Origin: Deltaproteobacteria bacterium
GTDB taxonomy: Bacteria; Myxococcota; Kuafuiibacteriia; Kuafuiibacteriales; Kuafuiibacteriaceae
DNA length: 64,000 nt
Assembly (NCBI GenBank): GCA_016713425.1
Contig: JADJPE010000005.1
Location: forward strand, 3,086,143-3,150,142
Reading direction: 5' to 3'
The stretch's first letter is position 1. Each line of letters starts with the position of its first letter. Positions 1-9,672 of this stretch are shown here, one piece after another. Both the position numbers and the translations under genes were made by a program. The notes under the pieces are model-generated. The model worked only from the letters and a program-made list of their open reading frames with translations, had not been told where the DNA came from and searched no databases.

Positions 1-2
1 AC

Positions 3-854
3 ATGGCGATGAGCGCCGGAACGATCCTCGCGATGTCCGGAGACGAGATCCTGATGGACCATCGCTCGTCCCTCGGAGCAATCGATCCGCAGTTCCAGTC
101 ACCGGACGGTCGGATTCAGCCGGCGCAGGCGATTCTGGCCGGCATCGACGCGATAAAGGACGACGTCGCGAAGAACGGCGGGAACCTCAATCCGGTGTAC
201 ATGCCGATCCTACGGAACGTAGACCCTGGAAAGCTGCAGTCCGCGATCAACGCCAGCGACCTCTCAAAGGAGCTCGTGACCAACTGGCTCACGACCTACA
301 AGTTCCGCACCTGGACGAAGCACAAAGACGGGACGACGGTGACGGAGGACGAGCGCCGCACTCGGGCTGGGGAGATCGCAGGTGTACTGTGCGATCATCA
401 GAAGTGGCTCAGCCACGGGCGTCCCATCAAGATCGCCGATTTGGAGGCGATGCGCCTGCGCATCAACGACTACGGAAAGACTCCGGACCTCCAAGGACTC
501 ATCTGGAAGCTGTGGGTCAACCTGAGCCACAGCATGTCGAGCAGCAACATCTACAAGTTCTTCGAGTCTGAATCCGTTGAGTTTTTCAATATCGCGCTAC
601 CGCAGCCCAAGGGGATGCCACCTCCCACCCTTCAGCCGCCCGGGAAGACGATCATCGAGCTGAGCTGCACCAAGTGCAACGCAGCCCAGAAGGTCCAGGC
701 CAACCTCGGGGCAAGGCAGCCCTTGGAAAAGGGGACGATTGCCTTTCCTAAGGACTGCATGCTCCAGTGCCAAAGCTGCGGAAACACAACAGATTTGACT
801 GGTCTCAAGATGCAGCTTGAGGCTCAGGCCCGACAGCCCCTACTCTTGGGATGA
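3..854 (+). CDS. ClpP-fold (S49/SDH-like) serine peptidase, C-terminal part with CxxC...CxxC zinc ribbon; 5' end lies outside the window
   Basis: ORF 3..854; ClpP/SppA-like motif MAMSAGTILAMSGDEILM near the N-terminus; C-terminal CTKC...CQSCG pair. Family call by motif recognition only. Confidence 0.45.
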   Translation: MAMSAGTILAMSGDEILMDHRSSLGAIDPQFQSPDGRIQPAQAILAGIDAIKDDVAKNGGNLNPVYMPILRNVDPGKLQSAINASDLSKELVTNWLTTYKFRTWTKHKDGTTVTEDERRTRAGEIAGVLCDHQKWLSHGRPIKIADLEAMRLRINDYGKTPDLQGLIWKLWVNLSHSMSSSNIYKFFESESVEFFNIALPQPKGMPPPTLQPPGKTIIELSCTKCNAAQKVQANLGARQPLEKGTIAFPKDCMLQCQSCGNTTDLTGLKMQLEAQARQPLLLG

Positions 855-1063
855 GGATGCCCGACGTGAAGACGCAAGAAGAGACGAAGCACGACCAACC
901 GATCATCCTGGCCGTGAACATCAATGGCGTGGATCTGCCCGCGCAGATGTTCGAGAACAACGGGAACGAAGACCGGACCGCGCAAGTCGCTGAAACTCTG
1001 GATGAATTTGAAGCCGCCGAAACGCCCGACTTCATCATCTCTACGGCAACGAGCCGGTTTTGA
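851..1063 (+). CDS. Small acidic hypothetical protein (70 aa), translationally coupled to the upstream peptidase gene
   Basis: ATG at 851 overlaps the upstream TGA (ATGA); Asp/Glu-rich; no recognisable domain. Confidence 0.3.
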   Translation: MRMPDVKTQEETKHDQPIILAVNINGVDLPAQMFENNGNEDRTAQVAETLDEFEAAETPDFIISTATSRF

Positions 1064-1214
1064 TCCAGCACGTCGCTCGGCCCGTTAGTGTGCCTTGAGC
1101 AGCCAGCGCAAACAGCTCGCAACCGACCTTTGCTGGGTATCTATTCCGTGGAGGGCACCTGGGCGTCGCGGAGCAACCGTTCAGGGGCCCCGTTGATGGG
1201 GTGGGTCGAGCCGT

Positions 1215-1646
1215 GTGATTTCCGGCGGCATGAACACCAACCAAGCCCTTGCTGAGCACATCGAGAAACTCGTGAGCGATCTCGTCCAAGCTCACCTGAA
1301 AGAGACGCAGGCCACCGTCATGGCCGCTGTGATGCGCGGGTTCGGAGCGTCGAACTCCCAGATTAAGCTCACACCGAGTCGTCAGATGAAGGCGCGCTCG
1401 TTCCGTGGACGCAGGTCGACGGCGGACGTCTCAATGCTGGCGGAGAGTTTGTATGAGCTGATCTGCGAGCGCCCCGGAGAGCTGATGGTCTCCTTCTCGG
1501 CCGAACTTGGGAAGACAGCACGCGAGCTCTACGGACCCATGACAGCGCTGAAGAACTCCGGCCGAATCCGAACAGCCGGCGAGCGCAACCGGACGCGATA
1601 TTTCCCGTCGATCGACGGCGGTGCCAGCAGCACGCTGCGCGCTTGA
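1215..1646 (+). CDS. Hypothetical protein (143 aa), Arg-rich C-terminus, possibly DNA-binding
   Basis: ORF only; no confident motif. Confidence 0.25.
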   Translation: MISGGMNTNQALAEHIEKLVSDLVQAHLKETQATVMAAVMRGFGASNSQIKLTPSRQMKARSFRGRRSTADVSMLAESLYELICERPGELMVSFSAELGKTARELYGPMTALKNSGRIRTAGERNRTRYFPSIDGGASSTLRA

Positions 1647-2105
1647 TCAGGCCGCCGCATCGAGCAGCGCCGGAGTTGGCGTCCCTTCGGCGTGCGCCGC
1701 AACGGAGCGAACGATGAAGTCCAGAAGCTCTTTCCCCTGCTTCCAGGCCGTCTGGGCCACGGTCATGATCTGTTCCACGAAGCGAAGACCTCGCTCACTC
1801 TGACGACCGAAGCTCACCCGTCTCCATAGAACCAGCGATCTCAACTGGAGCTCTGCATGGTTGTTCGTGGGCTCCACGCCTTCGTTCATGACAAACGTCC
1901 ACAGAGCCTCGCGGTGAGCGAGGATATCCGCGCACGACCCAGAGAGTCTCGCAACGTTGACCCCAACGCCGCGTTCAAGCGCGGCTTCGAATTGCCGCTG
2001 AACCGGATGCTGGTCAACGACATCTTCGTAGCGCACCCGTGTTGCCTCAGCCGTGGATGTTACCGAAGGGCTGTTGTCGTCCGCCAGCCCCAGGAAGCAC
2101 CGACT
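1647..2105 (-). pseudogene. IS66-family transposase (TnpC-type) C-terminal remnant
   Basis: C-terminal ~120 aa (ILAHREALWTFV...GVEPTNNHAE...) closely parallel the C-terminus of the intact transposase at 32553..34010; the N-terminal part of the ORF is read-through. Confidence 0.55.
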
Positions 2106-2326
2106 TTTGCCTCTCTCTTCCGCATCGGTTCGCATGCGCGGCGATGGCGCGACTTTGGCGCGTTGGTCATGGTGCGGTGCGGCATGGCCACTATGCCATT
2201 GGTGACGCACCGCTGGTGTGAGCAACGCCGATGCCAGAGCCGTGACGGCGCGGAGTTCAACGTCTTTGCTTGGCGGGCCTCGGCGAACCGCCGCGCCGCG
2301 CTCAAGTGTCCTGTGTTCACCGGTCT

Positions 2327-3851
2327 TCATGCTGCCTCCCCCGGCGCGCAGGATGAGATGAGCCGTTCAGCCATGGCCTTGCGCCAGGAACGGACTCGGC
2401 GTTGCAGCGTTCGGAGCTGCCTGTCCGTGAATCGTTGCGGCTGCTCAGCTTGTAGGCGTTCGAGCAGCTCCTTTGCCGTCACGTCGGGTTCGGCTGTGAG
2501 CATCCTCTCGAGTTCGGGCCACACACCCTCGAAGGGGTCGGTCCGCGTGCGCCACGTGCGTGGTGTCTTAGGAGGCTGCTTGTGCGTCGGCCTCACCTCG
2601 CCTTGCCGCCACAGTTGTGGCAGATGCGCCAGGAACTGCTCAACGTTCGCGTCGGTCTGCTTTGCTGCATTCTCCGCCGGCCCGACGTCGCTCGCCAGCG
2701 CCACCAACGCAGCCTGCGCATCGCGGATGTTCTTCAGAAGCATGACGGGGTCCAGCTCCGCTCGGCGCCGGCGGAGCTGCTCCTTGACAGCCTCATCAAT
2801 TCCACCAACGGCGAGCAAACGTTCACACGGTGTTGCTGGAGCTTGGTAGTGTTTCTTGACCTTCGCGCCAACCCGCACCTTCTCCAGCAGCTTGAAGCAA
2901 GGCTGGAAGAAATTGACGTACCAGCGCGCGCTCTCAAACAGCTCTGCCAAGACTTTCGTTGCGCGGACGCCCTCGAAGCGGCCGTAGCCGACGAGACGCC
3001 GTACAACGGCTCCGTTCTTCTGCTCAACCCACGCTTGGTCGTTCTTCCGCAGTGGTCGTGAGCGAGTCTGTGCAATCTTTCGCTCCTTACAGTACTCGAT
3101 GACCGTATCGTTGATGAAGGCCCCGTCGTTATCCGTGTCGAAACCTTTCAGGCCCATCGGCAGTCGCGCGGCGAGGACATCGAGCGCCTTCACCACGAGT
3201 GTTTGCTCGCGAACAATAAGCGGCAAGCACTCGGTCCAACCGCTCGCGATGTCGGTGACCGTTAGCGTGTGAATAAAGCGCCCACCCATCGAACCACCGC
3301 AGTGAGCAACAAAATCCGCTTCTACGAAGCCGGGCTCAGGGTCGTCCCAGTCTGCGAACGTGCGCAACGGAACACGCCGCTTCACAGACGTGTCCAGCGT
3401 CCGTCGGCTCTTCCGGCCTATGCCAGACTCGGCCCGCGCAGGTGTGAGGAGACGATCGATTGTCGCCGCGCTCACCGACATCACGCGGGTCCGAAGCTCC
3501 GCGTCGAGCCCGAGGTGCCCGTGGCGCTCCATGGACTCGATCAGGTTTGGCAGCACCGCCTTGAGCCGCTTCCCGCACATTCGGTCCCCGGCCTCCCACA
3601 GCATGAGGATGACCTGCCGAAACGCCTCGTCGTAGACACGCTTCCGCGGGCCGGACGGCTTGGCCTGCTTCAATCCTGCCGTTGAGCACGCGCACCGCGT
3701 GCTTCCGGTGGTAGCCCGCTATGGCAACGAATTCATCGAGAATCCGCGTCTTCTCGCAGCGACCCGCGTCTCGGTATCGCCGCCCCAGAGCCACGATCAA
3801 CTCCCTCCGTGTCGCCATGCTGACGTCTCCCCTCGTTGAGCCACCCGACAT
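2327..3851 (-). pseudogene. rve-type DDE transposase (ISNCY/IS481-like), split into two overlapping frames
   Basis: ORFs 3336..3851 (N-terminal HTH-like part) and 2327..3673 (DDE core: ADFVAH..., GFDTDNDGAFIN, RPLRKNDQAWVEQKNG) overlap in different frames. Sits between the IS66 remnants at 1647..2105 and 3963..4275. Confidence 0.5.
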
Positions 3852-3962
3852 GCTGAGCCGGGTAGCATTTTCGTGAGGGAACGACGCCCGCTCGGTAACA
3901 AAACAGGTGAGTCAATGCGGTCCTCCGAGTAATCGTCGTCGACTTTGAAGGAACTGATTCGG

Positions 3963-4205
3963 TTAGTCCGCGTCCTCGTATCGGACACGAACCGGTACCA
4001 AGCTGACGTCATCCGGGACCTTCGTCGGACTTCCCGGTCCGAGTCGCTGTCGCCACCAATAGACCCGCTGCGCACCCACGCCTTGCGACCGTGCGAATTG
4101 CGACCACCGACCGCTACTTCGCTCAAGCGCCAACAGCATCGAGCGTGCTTCTGCTTCCGACCATCGACGACGAGCCGGGGTTGTCCTTTGCTTCTTCGAA
4201 GTCAT
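3963..4205 (-). CDS. IS66-family TnpA (orf1-type accessory protein), remnant copy
   Basis: MTSKKQRTT...WSEAEARSM...YWWRQRL closely matches the tnpA at 37531..37908; no tnpB/tnpC follow. Confidence 0.5.
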   Translation of the reverse strand: MTSKKQRTTPARRRWSEAEARSMLLALERSSGRWSQFARSQGVGAQRVYWWRQRLGPGSPTKVPDDVSLVPVRVRYEDAD

Positions 4206-4275
4206 GGACCAGGATGTCCGCCCGTCTCCTCGTCCCCGATCTCGGAATTTCGGGGCGCTCTAGCGGACGCACACG
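4206..4275 (-). repeat. IS66-type left-end remnant (terminus GTGTGCGTCC on the minus strand)
   Basis: Reverse complement of 4264..4275 resembles the GTGAGCGTCCGG terminus of the IS66 copy at 37462. Confidence 0.35.
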
Positions 4276-4310
4276 CTTTCGCTTGTGCGCCCGAGCCACA
4301 GTCCTTGGCC

Positions 4311-5162
4311 TCACGGGTCATTGGCTGCGGCTGGGTTCGGACGGCCAGCGCCGCGGCGCTCGGGAATCGCCACCGCCTTCTCCAAGTATACTCCCCTGGC
4401 GCATGTGCCTACGCCAATCTCATTCGGCCCGATCGCGAAGCCAATCATTGCAGTGTCTACCTCACCGCCTCCTTGAGACTGGAATTCCTGGCCGCCGGGC
4501 GTTCGTACGGTCAAACGTGTTTGGTTACCTTCGATGTGGGCTCCCCTGAAGAACATCTCGAAACGCGCGACTATGATCGCGCGCGGAGGATGAACCTCGA
4601 GCAGCAGAGCAATTTCGCGCGGCTTTCGCCTGATGCAGATCTTGTTTGCTTCGGTCGTAATGTCGTAGATCTTAGAATCCCCTCTCCACTCGTTTTCGAT
4701 GATCTCCAACAGCCGGTTCTGGGCTCGGTCTTCAAAAATACCGGAGATGCGAAACGGTCCTCCGTCAAACTCAGGTGGCTTGACCGCCAGAATGTCTGTG
4801 TCGAACGCGCGCACAATGCTCTGTGTGTTGATGAACGTCCACGAAGCAAGGGTGACCTTCGGAGGGCCTTCTAGGTAGAAAGACCCCTTGGCAAAGCCAT
4901 CTGATAAGGCCCTCGGTTTGGCGGCGGCGTGCCTAATCGTGTCGATCGAGATCAGTCCACGCGTTTTCTCGTCGTGGTGGCTGCCACAAAGGAGCGTAAT
5001 CCCGTCAGCGCTGTGTTCACACGCTTCAGCAAACACCGGATCGAAATGCTCGTACTGATAGACAGCCGCTCCGCACATGACACAACCAAATCCGGCGCGC
5101 TTCCTCACCTCTCGAGCGACTTCTGCTGGGATATCTCGCGAAAGCCCGTGCTTGTTCCTCAC
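4311..5162 (-). CDS. HNH endonuclease-domain protein
   Basis: GCVMCGAAVYQYEHFDP...LLCGSHHDEKT is a CxxC...H...H HNH-like signature; C-terminal two-thirds unassigned. Confidence 0.5.
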   Translation of the reverse strand: MRNKHGLSRDIPAEVAREVRKRAGFGCVMCGAAVYQYEHFDPVFAEACEHSADGITLLCGSHHDEKTRGLISIDTIRHAAAKPRALSDGFAKGSFYLEGPPKVTLASWTFINTQSIVRAFDTDILAVKPPEFDGGPFRISGIFEDRAQNRLLEIIENEWRGDSKIYDITTEANKICIRRKPREIALLLEVHPPRAIIVARFEMFFRGAHIEGNQTRLTVRTPGGQEFQSQGGGEVDTAMIGFAIGPNEIGVGTCARGVYLEKAVAIPERRGAGRPNPAAANDP

Positions 5163-5626
5163 CAGTCAATTCTACGGGGTCCTTCTTATGCGCCCACAAG
5201 GCACTCACGGCACCGTTACGCGCACAGGCTGCCAATGACCAGGCTCATGAGTCCAGAGAAGAGCTCAAAAGTGGTTCACGGGTGTGACCCAGCTCCTCGA
5301 CCTGCTACAGCCGCATCCCAACATCTTGGCGGGGTTGCGCGCTGCCGCGCGGGACGGCGTGCCGCCGGGTTACAGAGCGGAAGCTGCGGTGGCTGGTGCG
5401 ACTTCCAGCCGAAGCGCAGCTCGAACTCGGCGCGAAGCTCTTCCAAGGGTCAGCGTTCGCGCCCTTCGTTTGTCTGATAGAGGGGATCGACGGACGAAGT
5501 CGATTTTCATCTAAGCTGCTTCTGGCGGACAGACCATAGATTGCGACCGAGGAAGGGCGCATTCATGGCTTTGGGGTCAGCAGCGCTGTAGAGCTCGGAG
5601 TCGTATTTGCGTGCGAACGCACGCTC

Positions 5627-6109
5627 ATGCTTGGTATATGTGCGGTCGCACGTATCAGGACCATGGCAACCAACGCGACAGCACGCCGGCTTCGAGACGC
5701 CGTCCGTCATCTGGTGGTCGCCCACGGAGCCCTCGAGGAGACGAGGCGCCCATGTGGCACGGAGCTCTCGATCCCCCACGCGTACGCCCTGCTCGAGTTC
5801 CTGCGTCACGAGCAGATGACCGTCTCCGAGCTGGCGACGATGCTGGCGATCGACCGCACCAACGTGTCGCGGCTCTGTGCTCGCATGGTGGAAGCCGGTG
5901 AGCTGGCTCGTGCGCCGCACCCCGAAGACGGCCGAGCCCGATCCCTTCGGCTGACAGCCCGAGGCAAGAAGCTCGCCCGCGCCGTCGACGAGCAGAGCGC
6001 CGGCCATTTCGACCGTCTCGCGAAGCAGCTTGGCGGTTCCGTCGGCGAGGTCGTTGCGGCGCTCGATCAGTTGGCCAGAGCCATGGCGCTCACCAAGGAA
6101 GACGAATGA
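5627..6109 (+). CDS. MarR-family transcriptional regulator
   Basis: Winged-helix signature LEFLRHEQMTVSELATMLAIDRTNVSRLCARMVEAGELAR...RSLRLTARG. Confidence 0.65.
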   Translation: MLGICAVARIRTMATNATARRLRDAVRHLVVAHGALEETRRPCGTELSIPHAYALLEFLRHEQMTVSELATMLAIDRTNVSRLCARMVEAGELARAPHPEDGRARSLRLTARGKKLARAVDEQSAGHFDRLAKQLGGSVGEVVAALDQLARAMALTKEDE

Positions 6110-6764
6110 AGACGAAACGACCGATTCCGAGCGCCGCGATGGCGCTCATGCTCATGCTGATGCTCATGCTCTGCACCGCTGCTGCCTGCAAGAACAACGA
6201 CCCTGCGCCGGCGGCGGTTCAGGAGCAGCCGCAACCATCGCTCGCGGCTGGCGGCTGTCAGCCCTTTGAGGAGCTGGCGGGCCTCGACCACCGCACGCCG
6301 GTTCCCTTGCAGCCGATGATGGCGTGGCATCAGAAGCAGAATATGATGGAGCACCTCGTCGCCATCCAGCGCATCACCGATAGCCTGGCCCGCGAAGACT
6401 GGGAGGGGTGGCGAGCGCATCGGCGCTGATCGAGTCCTCGCCGCAGATGCAGCAAATGTGTCAGCACATGGGGGCCGGAGCTCATGGCTTCACCGAGATG
6501 GCGCTCGACTTCCATCGCCGCGCTGATGCCATCGGCGTGGCTGCTCGCGCGCACGATGTTGCCGCCGTGTTGCGAGCGACGTCGAACACGCTGGAGTCCT
6601 GTACCGGCTGCCATGCTGCGTTCCGGCAGGACGTCGTCAGTGCGACCGAGTGGCAGCAGCGGACGACCGGCCAGGCCTACACTGCATCAACGGGCCTCAC
6701 GCTGAGATGGAAGGAACGGAGCGGAGACCCATCGGGCGGGTTCGGGGTGTCTCATCCGCGTTGA
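6106..6764 (+). pseudogene. Cytochrome c'-like lipoprotein (CxxCH heme site) with an apparent frameshift near 6410-6430
   Basis: ORF 6106..6429 has a signal/lipobox-like N-terminus (LMLMLMLCTAAAC); overlapping ORF 6408..6764 in another frame carries ...ESCTGCHAAF. Could equally be a sequencing error. Confidence 0.4.
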
Positions 6765-7118
6765 CAGGTTCCGGAAGCGGCGCCAACGACAGCGATCCTC
6801 GCCGCACCCGATCATGTAACCAAGCCGGCGGGTGCCTCGCTCGGGCCGACGTCGTCCGCACAACCACCGTCCAAGGCCGGGCCCGTTGCACCCACAAGGC
6901 CTGTCGACGCCGCGCCCACCTCGCCGTCCGCCCCGCCGCGTCATTCCTCCTAGGTCGTTGGGATCGGCAAGCGCCCAGAAGAGCAACCCGGCGACGAGTC
7001 CGGCTTCACGCCCGGGGGCGCCGACCCAGCGGAGCGCCGCGAACGAAGTCCCGGCGCGGGACGCCCGCATCCGGGAGACAGAAAGAGAGAAGCCGCGGCC
7101 CTGCGTGATTCCTCCCGC

Positions 7119-8990
7119 TCACCGGTGCCGAGCACTTCCGCAACCCGGACGATGACCTACGCGGCGGCATCGAGCTCGTTGGGGACGAAACCACGCTTGC
7201 GAGTCGCAGCCAACGTGGGCATGAGCTTGTCCGTCAGCGCAGCGAGGAAGTCCGAAATTCGACGAAGACACGAACAAACGAGCGCCATTGCCGAGGCCTT
7301 CCGTGACGGCATGAAACGAGCTCATGGCGCGTTGTGTGCGCGCAAGCGGTTTCGGAATACAAACCACGAAAACCGGAGTCGGGAATCCTGCATCGCCTCG
7401 TCTCGACCCACTTTGACGAGTTTGTCGAAAGTTTTGAGGACCCAGATTCCCCCGAGTCCGGGTTGCCGACATTTGTCCGCAAAGAGTTTGAACGATTCCT
7501 CGACTGCGGGATCTTGGAACGCGGGTTCGTCCTTCTTTTCTGCGACCGATGCCAGCGTGAGCATGCTGTGGCCTTTTCGTGCAAGGGGCGGGCGATTTGT
7601 CCGAGCTGCGGTGCACGACGGATGCAGGAGACGGCGGCCCATCTCGTCGATGACGTGCTGCCCGATGTCGCGCTGCGGCAATACGTGCTGAGCCCGCCGT
7701 TCGAACTGCGCGGTCTTCTCGCGTGCAAACGAGAAGTCTTGGCGAAGATGGTGAACTTTTTTCGTTGGGGCGATCTTTGAGCAACTGACCGACTGGGCTC
7801 GATGTCAGGGTCTCACAGGACCGAAATGCGGCGCAGTCACCTTCATTCAGCGATTCACGAAGACCCTGAACATCTCACCCCATCTTCATGTGCTCGTTCT
7901 CGACGGAGTCTTTGCGAACGAAGAAGAGGGTCCCCGTTTCGTCGAATGCCCAGCCCCAACGAATCGAGACCTTCTTTCGTTGGCCCAAAGGGTCTTCAAG
8001 AAGATGGAGAAATTTCTCGCGAAGAGCGGATATCTCCGAAGCGAGTCGGACGCTCTTGAGGAAGCATCGCTGACACCCGTGGAGCGCTGGTATGTGCGGG
8101 GCCTCGCGGAGCCATCGATGCTGTCGCCAAGTCGCATCGTGGACGTCAAGTCCACGGCGATCGAGTGTGGTGGATTCAGTGTTCATGCTCAGGTTCGTGT
8201 TGCCCAAGGCGATCGACGAGGACGAGAAAGGCTCTGCCTATATGCGGCCCGTCCGCCTTTCGCCGAAGGTCAACTTCGCATGACCGATGATGGCCGAGTT
8301 CGGCTGACGCTTCGTCGTCCAGCGAAGAACGGCCAGGGTGCGATCGTTCTATCACCGGTTCCAGTTTCTGAGGCGCCTCGCGTGGCTCGTTCCTCCCCGG
8401 CGCAGCATCAGGTTCGCTATGCGGGAGTTCTGGCCTCGGCCTCGAAAGTGCGGCGCGCGATTGTCCCAAGGCCCGCACCGGTTCTTCAGCTCGCCTTCCC
8501 GATCGAGAACATGAGGCCTCGGGTTCAGAAACATCGCATGTCGTGGGCCAAACTGTTGGCCCGCGTCTATTCGATTGATGGAGAGCGCTGCTTGAGCTGT
8601 GGCGGCCCACTTAGGCCGATCGGTGCGGTGACTGAATCGAGTCACGTCGCGCAGACTCTCGGTCGGATGCGACGGCAGCGATGCGCTCGAGATCCCCTCA
8701 GCTCGCCCTCGATCTCTGATCGACTCTACAAACCAACCCAAGGTCCCACGCTCCGGGCCTCGGCGCTTCTTGTCCGCGCGGTCGCACTGCTCGTCCGCTG
8801 GGGAGAGGTACGTCTGAACGCTGCGCGCAGGCTACGGAACTCAACGGCAGTCCCGTCTTGTGGCGTTCCAAACCGGCCAGACTGCGCGCAACATGTGACT
8901 CGTCGCACACCTGCGTCGGTTCTCCGACTGCTCCGGGCATGGTATCGACGACGCATAGTGAGTCGAAGCCGATTGATTGCCCTATCGGCC
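7119..8990 (+). mobile_element. IS91-like (HUH/Y2 rolling-circle) element, copy A; 5'-truncated, tnpA frameshifted
   Basis: Shares the 3' terminus ...gattgattgccctatcggcc (ends 8990) with ten other copies. Homology starts at tcaccggtg (7119), the same point as copy I. Confidence 0.6.
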
Positions 8991-9146
8991 TCCACGTGTG
9001 GGAGGCCCCGCTCGCGCGCGCGACGAAGGACCTCGACTTCCTCGGCCGGCTCGACAACTCGCTCGAGAACCTCGAACGCGTGGTCCGCGAGGTCTGCTCC
9101 GCCGACGTGGAGCCCGACGGCATGGTGTTCGACCCGGCCACGGTGA
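7334..9146 (+). pseudogene. IS91-family transposase TnpA, frameshifted (extra T near 7765)
   Basis: ORF 7334..7780 has the Zn-binding N-terminus (CDRCQREH...FSCKGRAICPSCGARRMQ). ORF 7890..9146 has the HUH-like HLHVLVLDGVF, LCLYAARPP...RLTLRRP, RYAGVLAS and WAKLLARVYSIDGERCLSCGG, then runs through the element end. Confidence 0.6.
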
Positions 9147-9379
9147 AGACCGAGCGCATCAAGGAGGACGCGGACTACGAGGGCGTGCGCGTCCGCTTCG
9201 TCGGCCTGCTCGGCAAGGCGCGCATCACGATGCAGCTCGACGTCGGGTTCGGCGACGTCGTCACGCCTGGCGCGGTGGACATCACGTTGGATCGTTCACA
9301 AGGAGGACCTGCTGGCCGCCGAGCCTCGCATACGACGCCGCCAATCGACGATGCCCGGAGCCGACGACACAACTCCTAA
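8991..9379 (+). pseudogene. 5'-truncated gene fragment, possibly an AbiEii-type nucleotidyltransferase
   Basis: Begins immediately after the IS91-like terminus; ...VRVRFVGLLGKARITMQLDVGFGDVV... recalled as AbiEii-like. Weak. Confidence 0.2.
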
Positions 9380-9672
9380 CCAACTAGAACTAGAGATTTC
9401 AAGTAGTTAAAGAGGTGACGCAGTATGAAGCCCCGCTCAAAGGCGGACGGGCCGCATACTGGCAGAGCCTTCTCGTCCTCGTCGATCGCCTTGGGCAACA
9501 CGAACCTGAGCATGAAGAGAAGCTCTCCTCCTGGCTTGAGCGCCCTCCATGCCCTACGCCGATAGCACAGCAGGACTTCACGGGCCGAGGTCGATGTGGC
9601 TCGCGGTATTGCCCGTCGCGAGAGGCCACAATGGGGTCGCGATGGGCCAATGGGTTGCCTATGGATAAGGTC

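Noticed and set aside
5284-5514. 76-aa plus-strand ORF between the HNH and MarR genes
   Set aside because: No motif support; Ala/Arg-rich as expected by chance in high-GC sequence.
8977-9387. Family of ORFs beginning MPYRP... at 8977, 27075, 30051, 40313, 48237, 51222 and the track start of 13107..14438
   Set aside because: The shared N-terminus is the TTG-initiated read-out of the IS91-like terminal sequence (ttgccctatcggcc) into whatever flanks it; not an independent gene family. Real flanking genes are annotated from their own frames.
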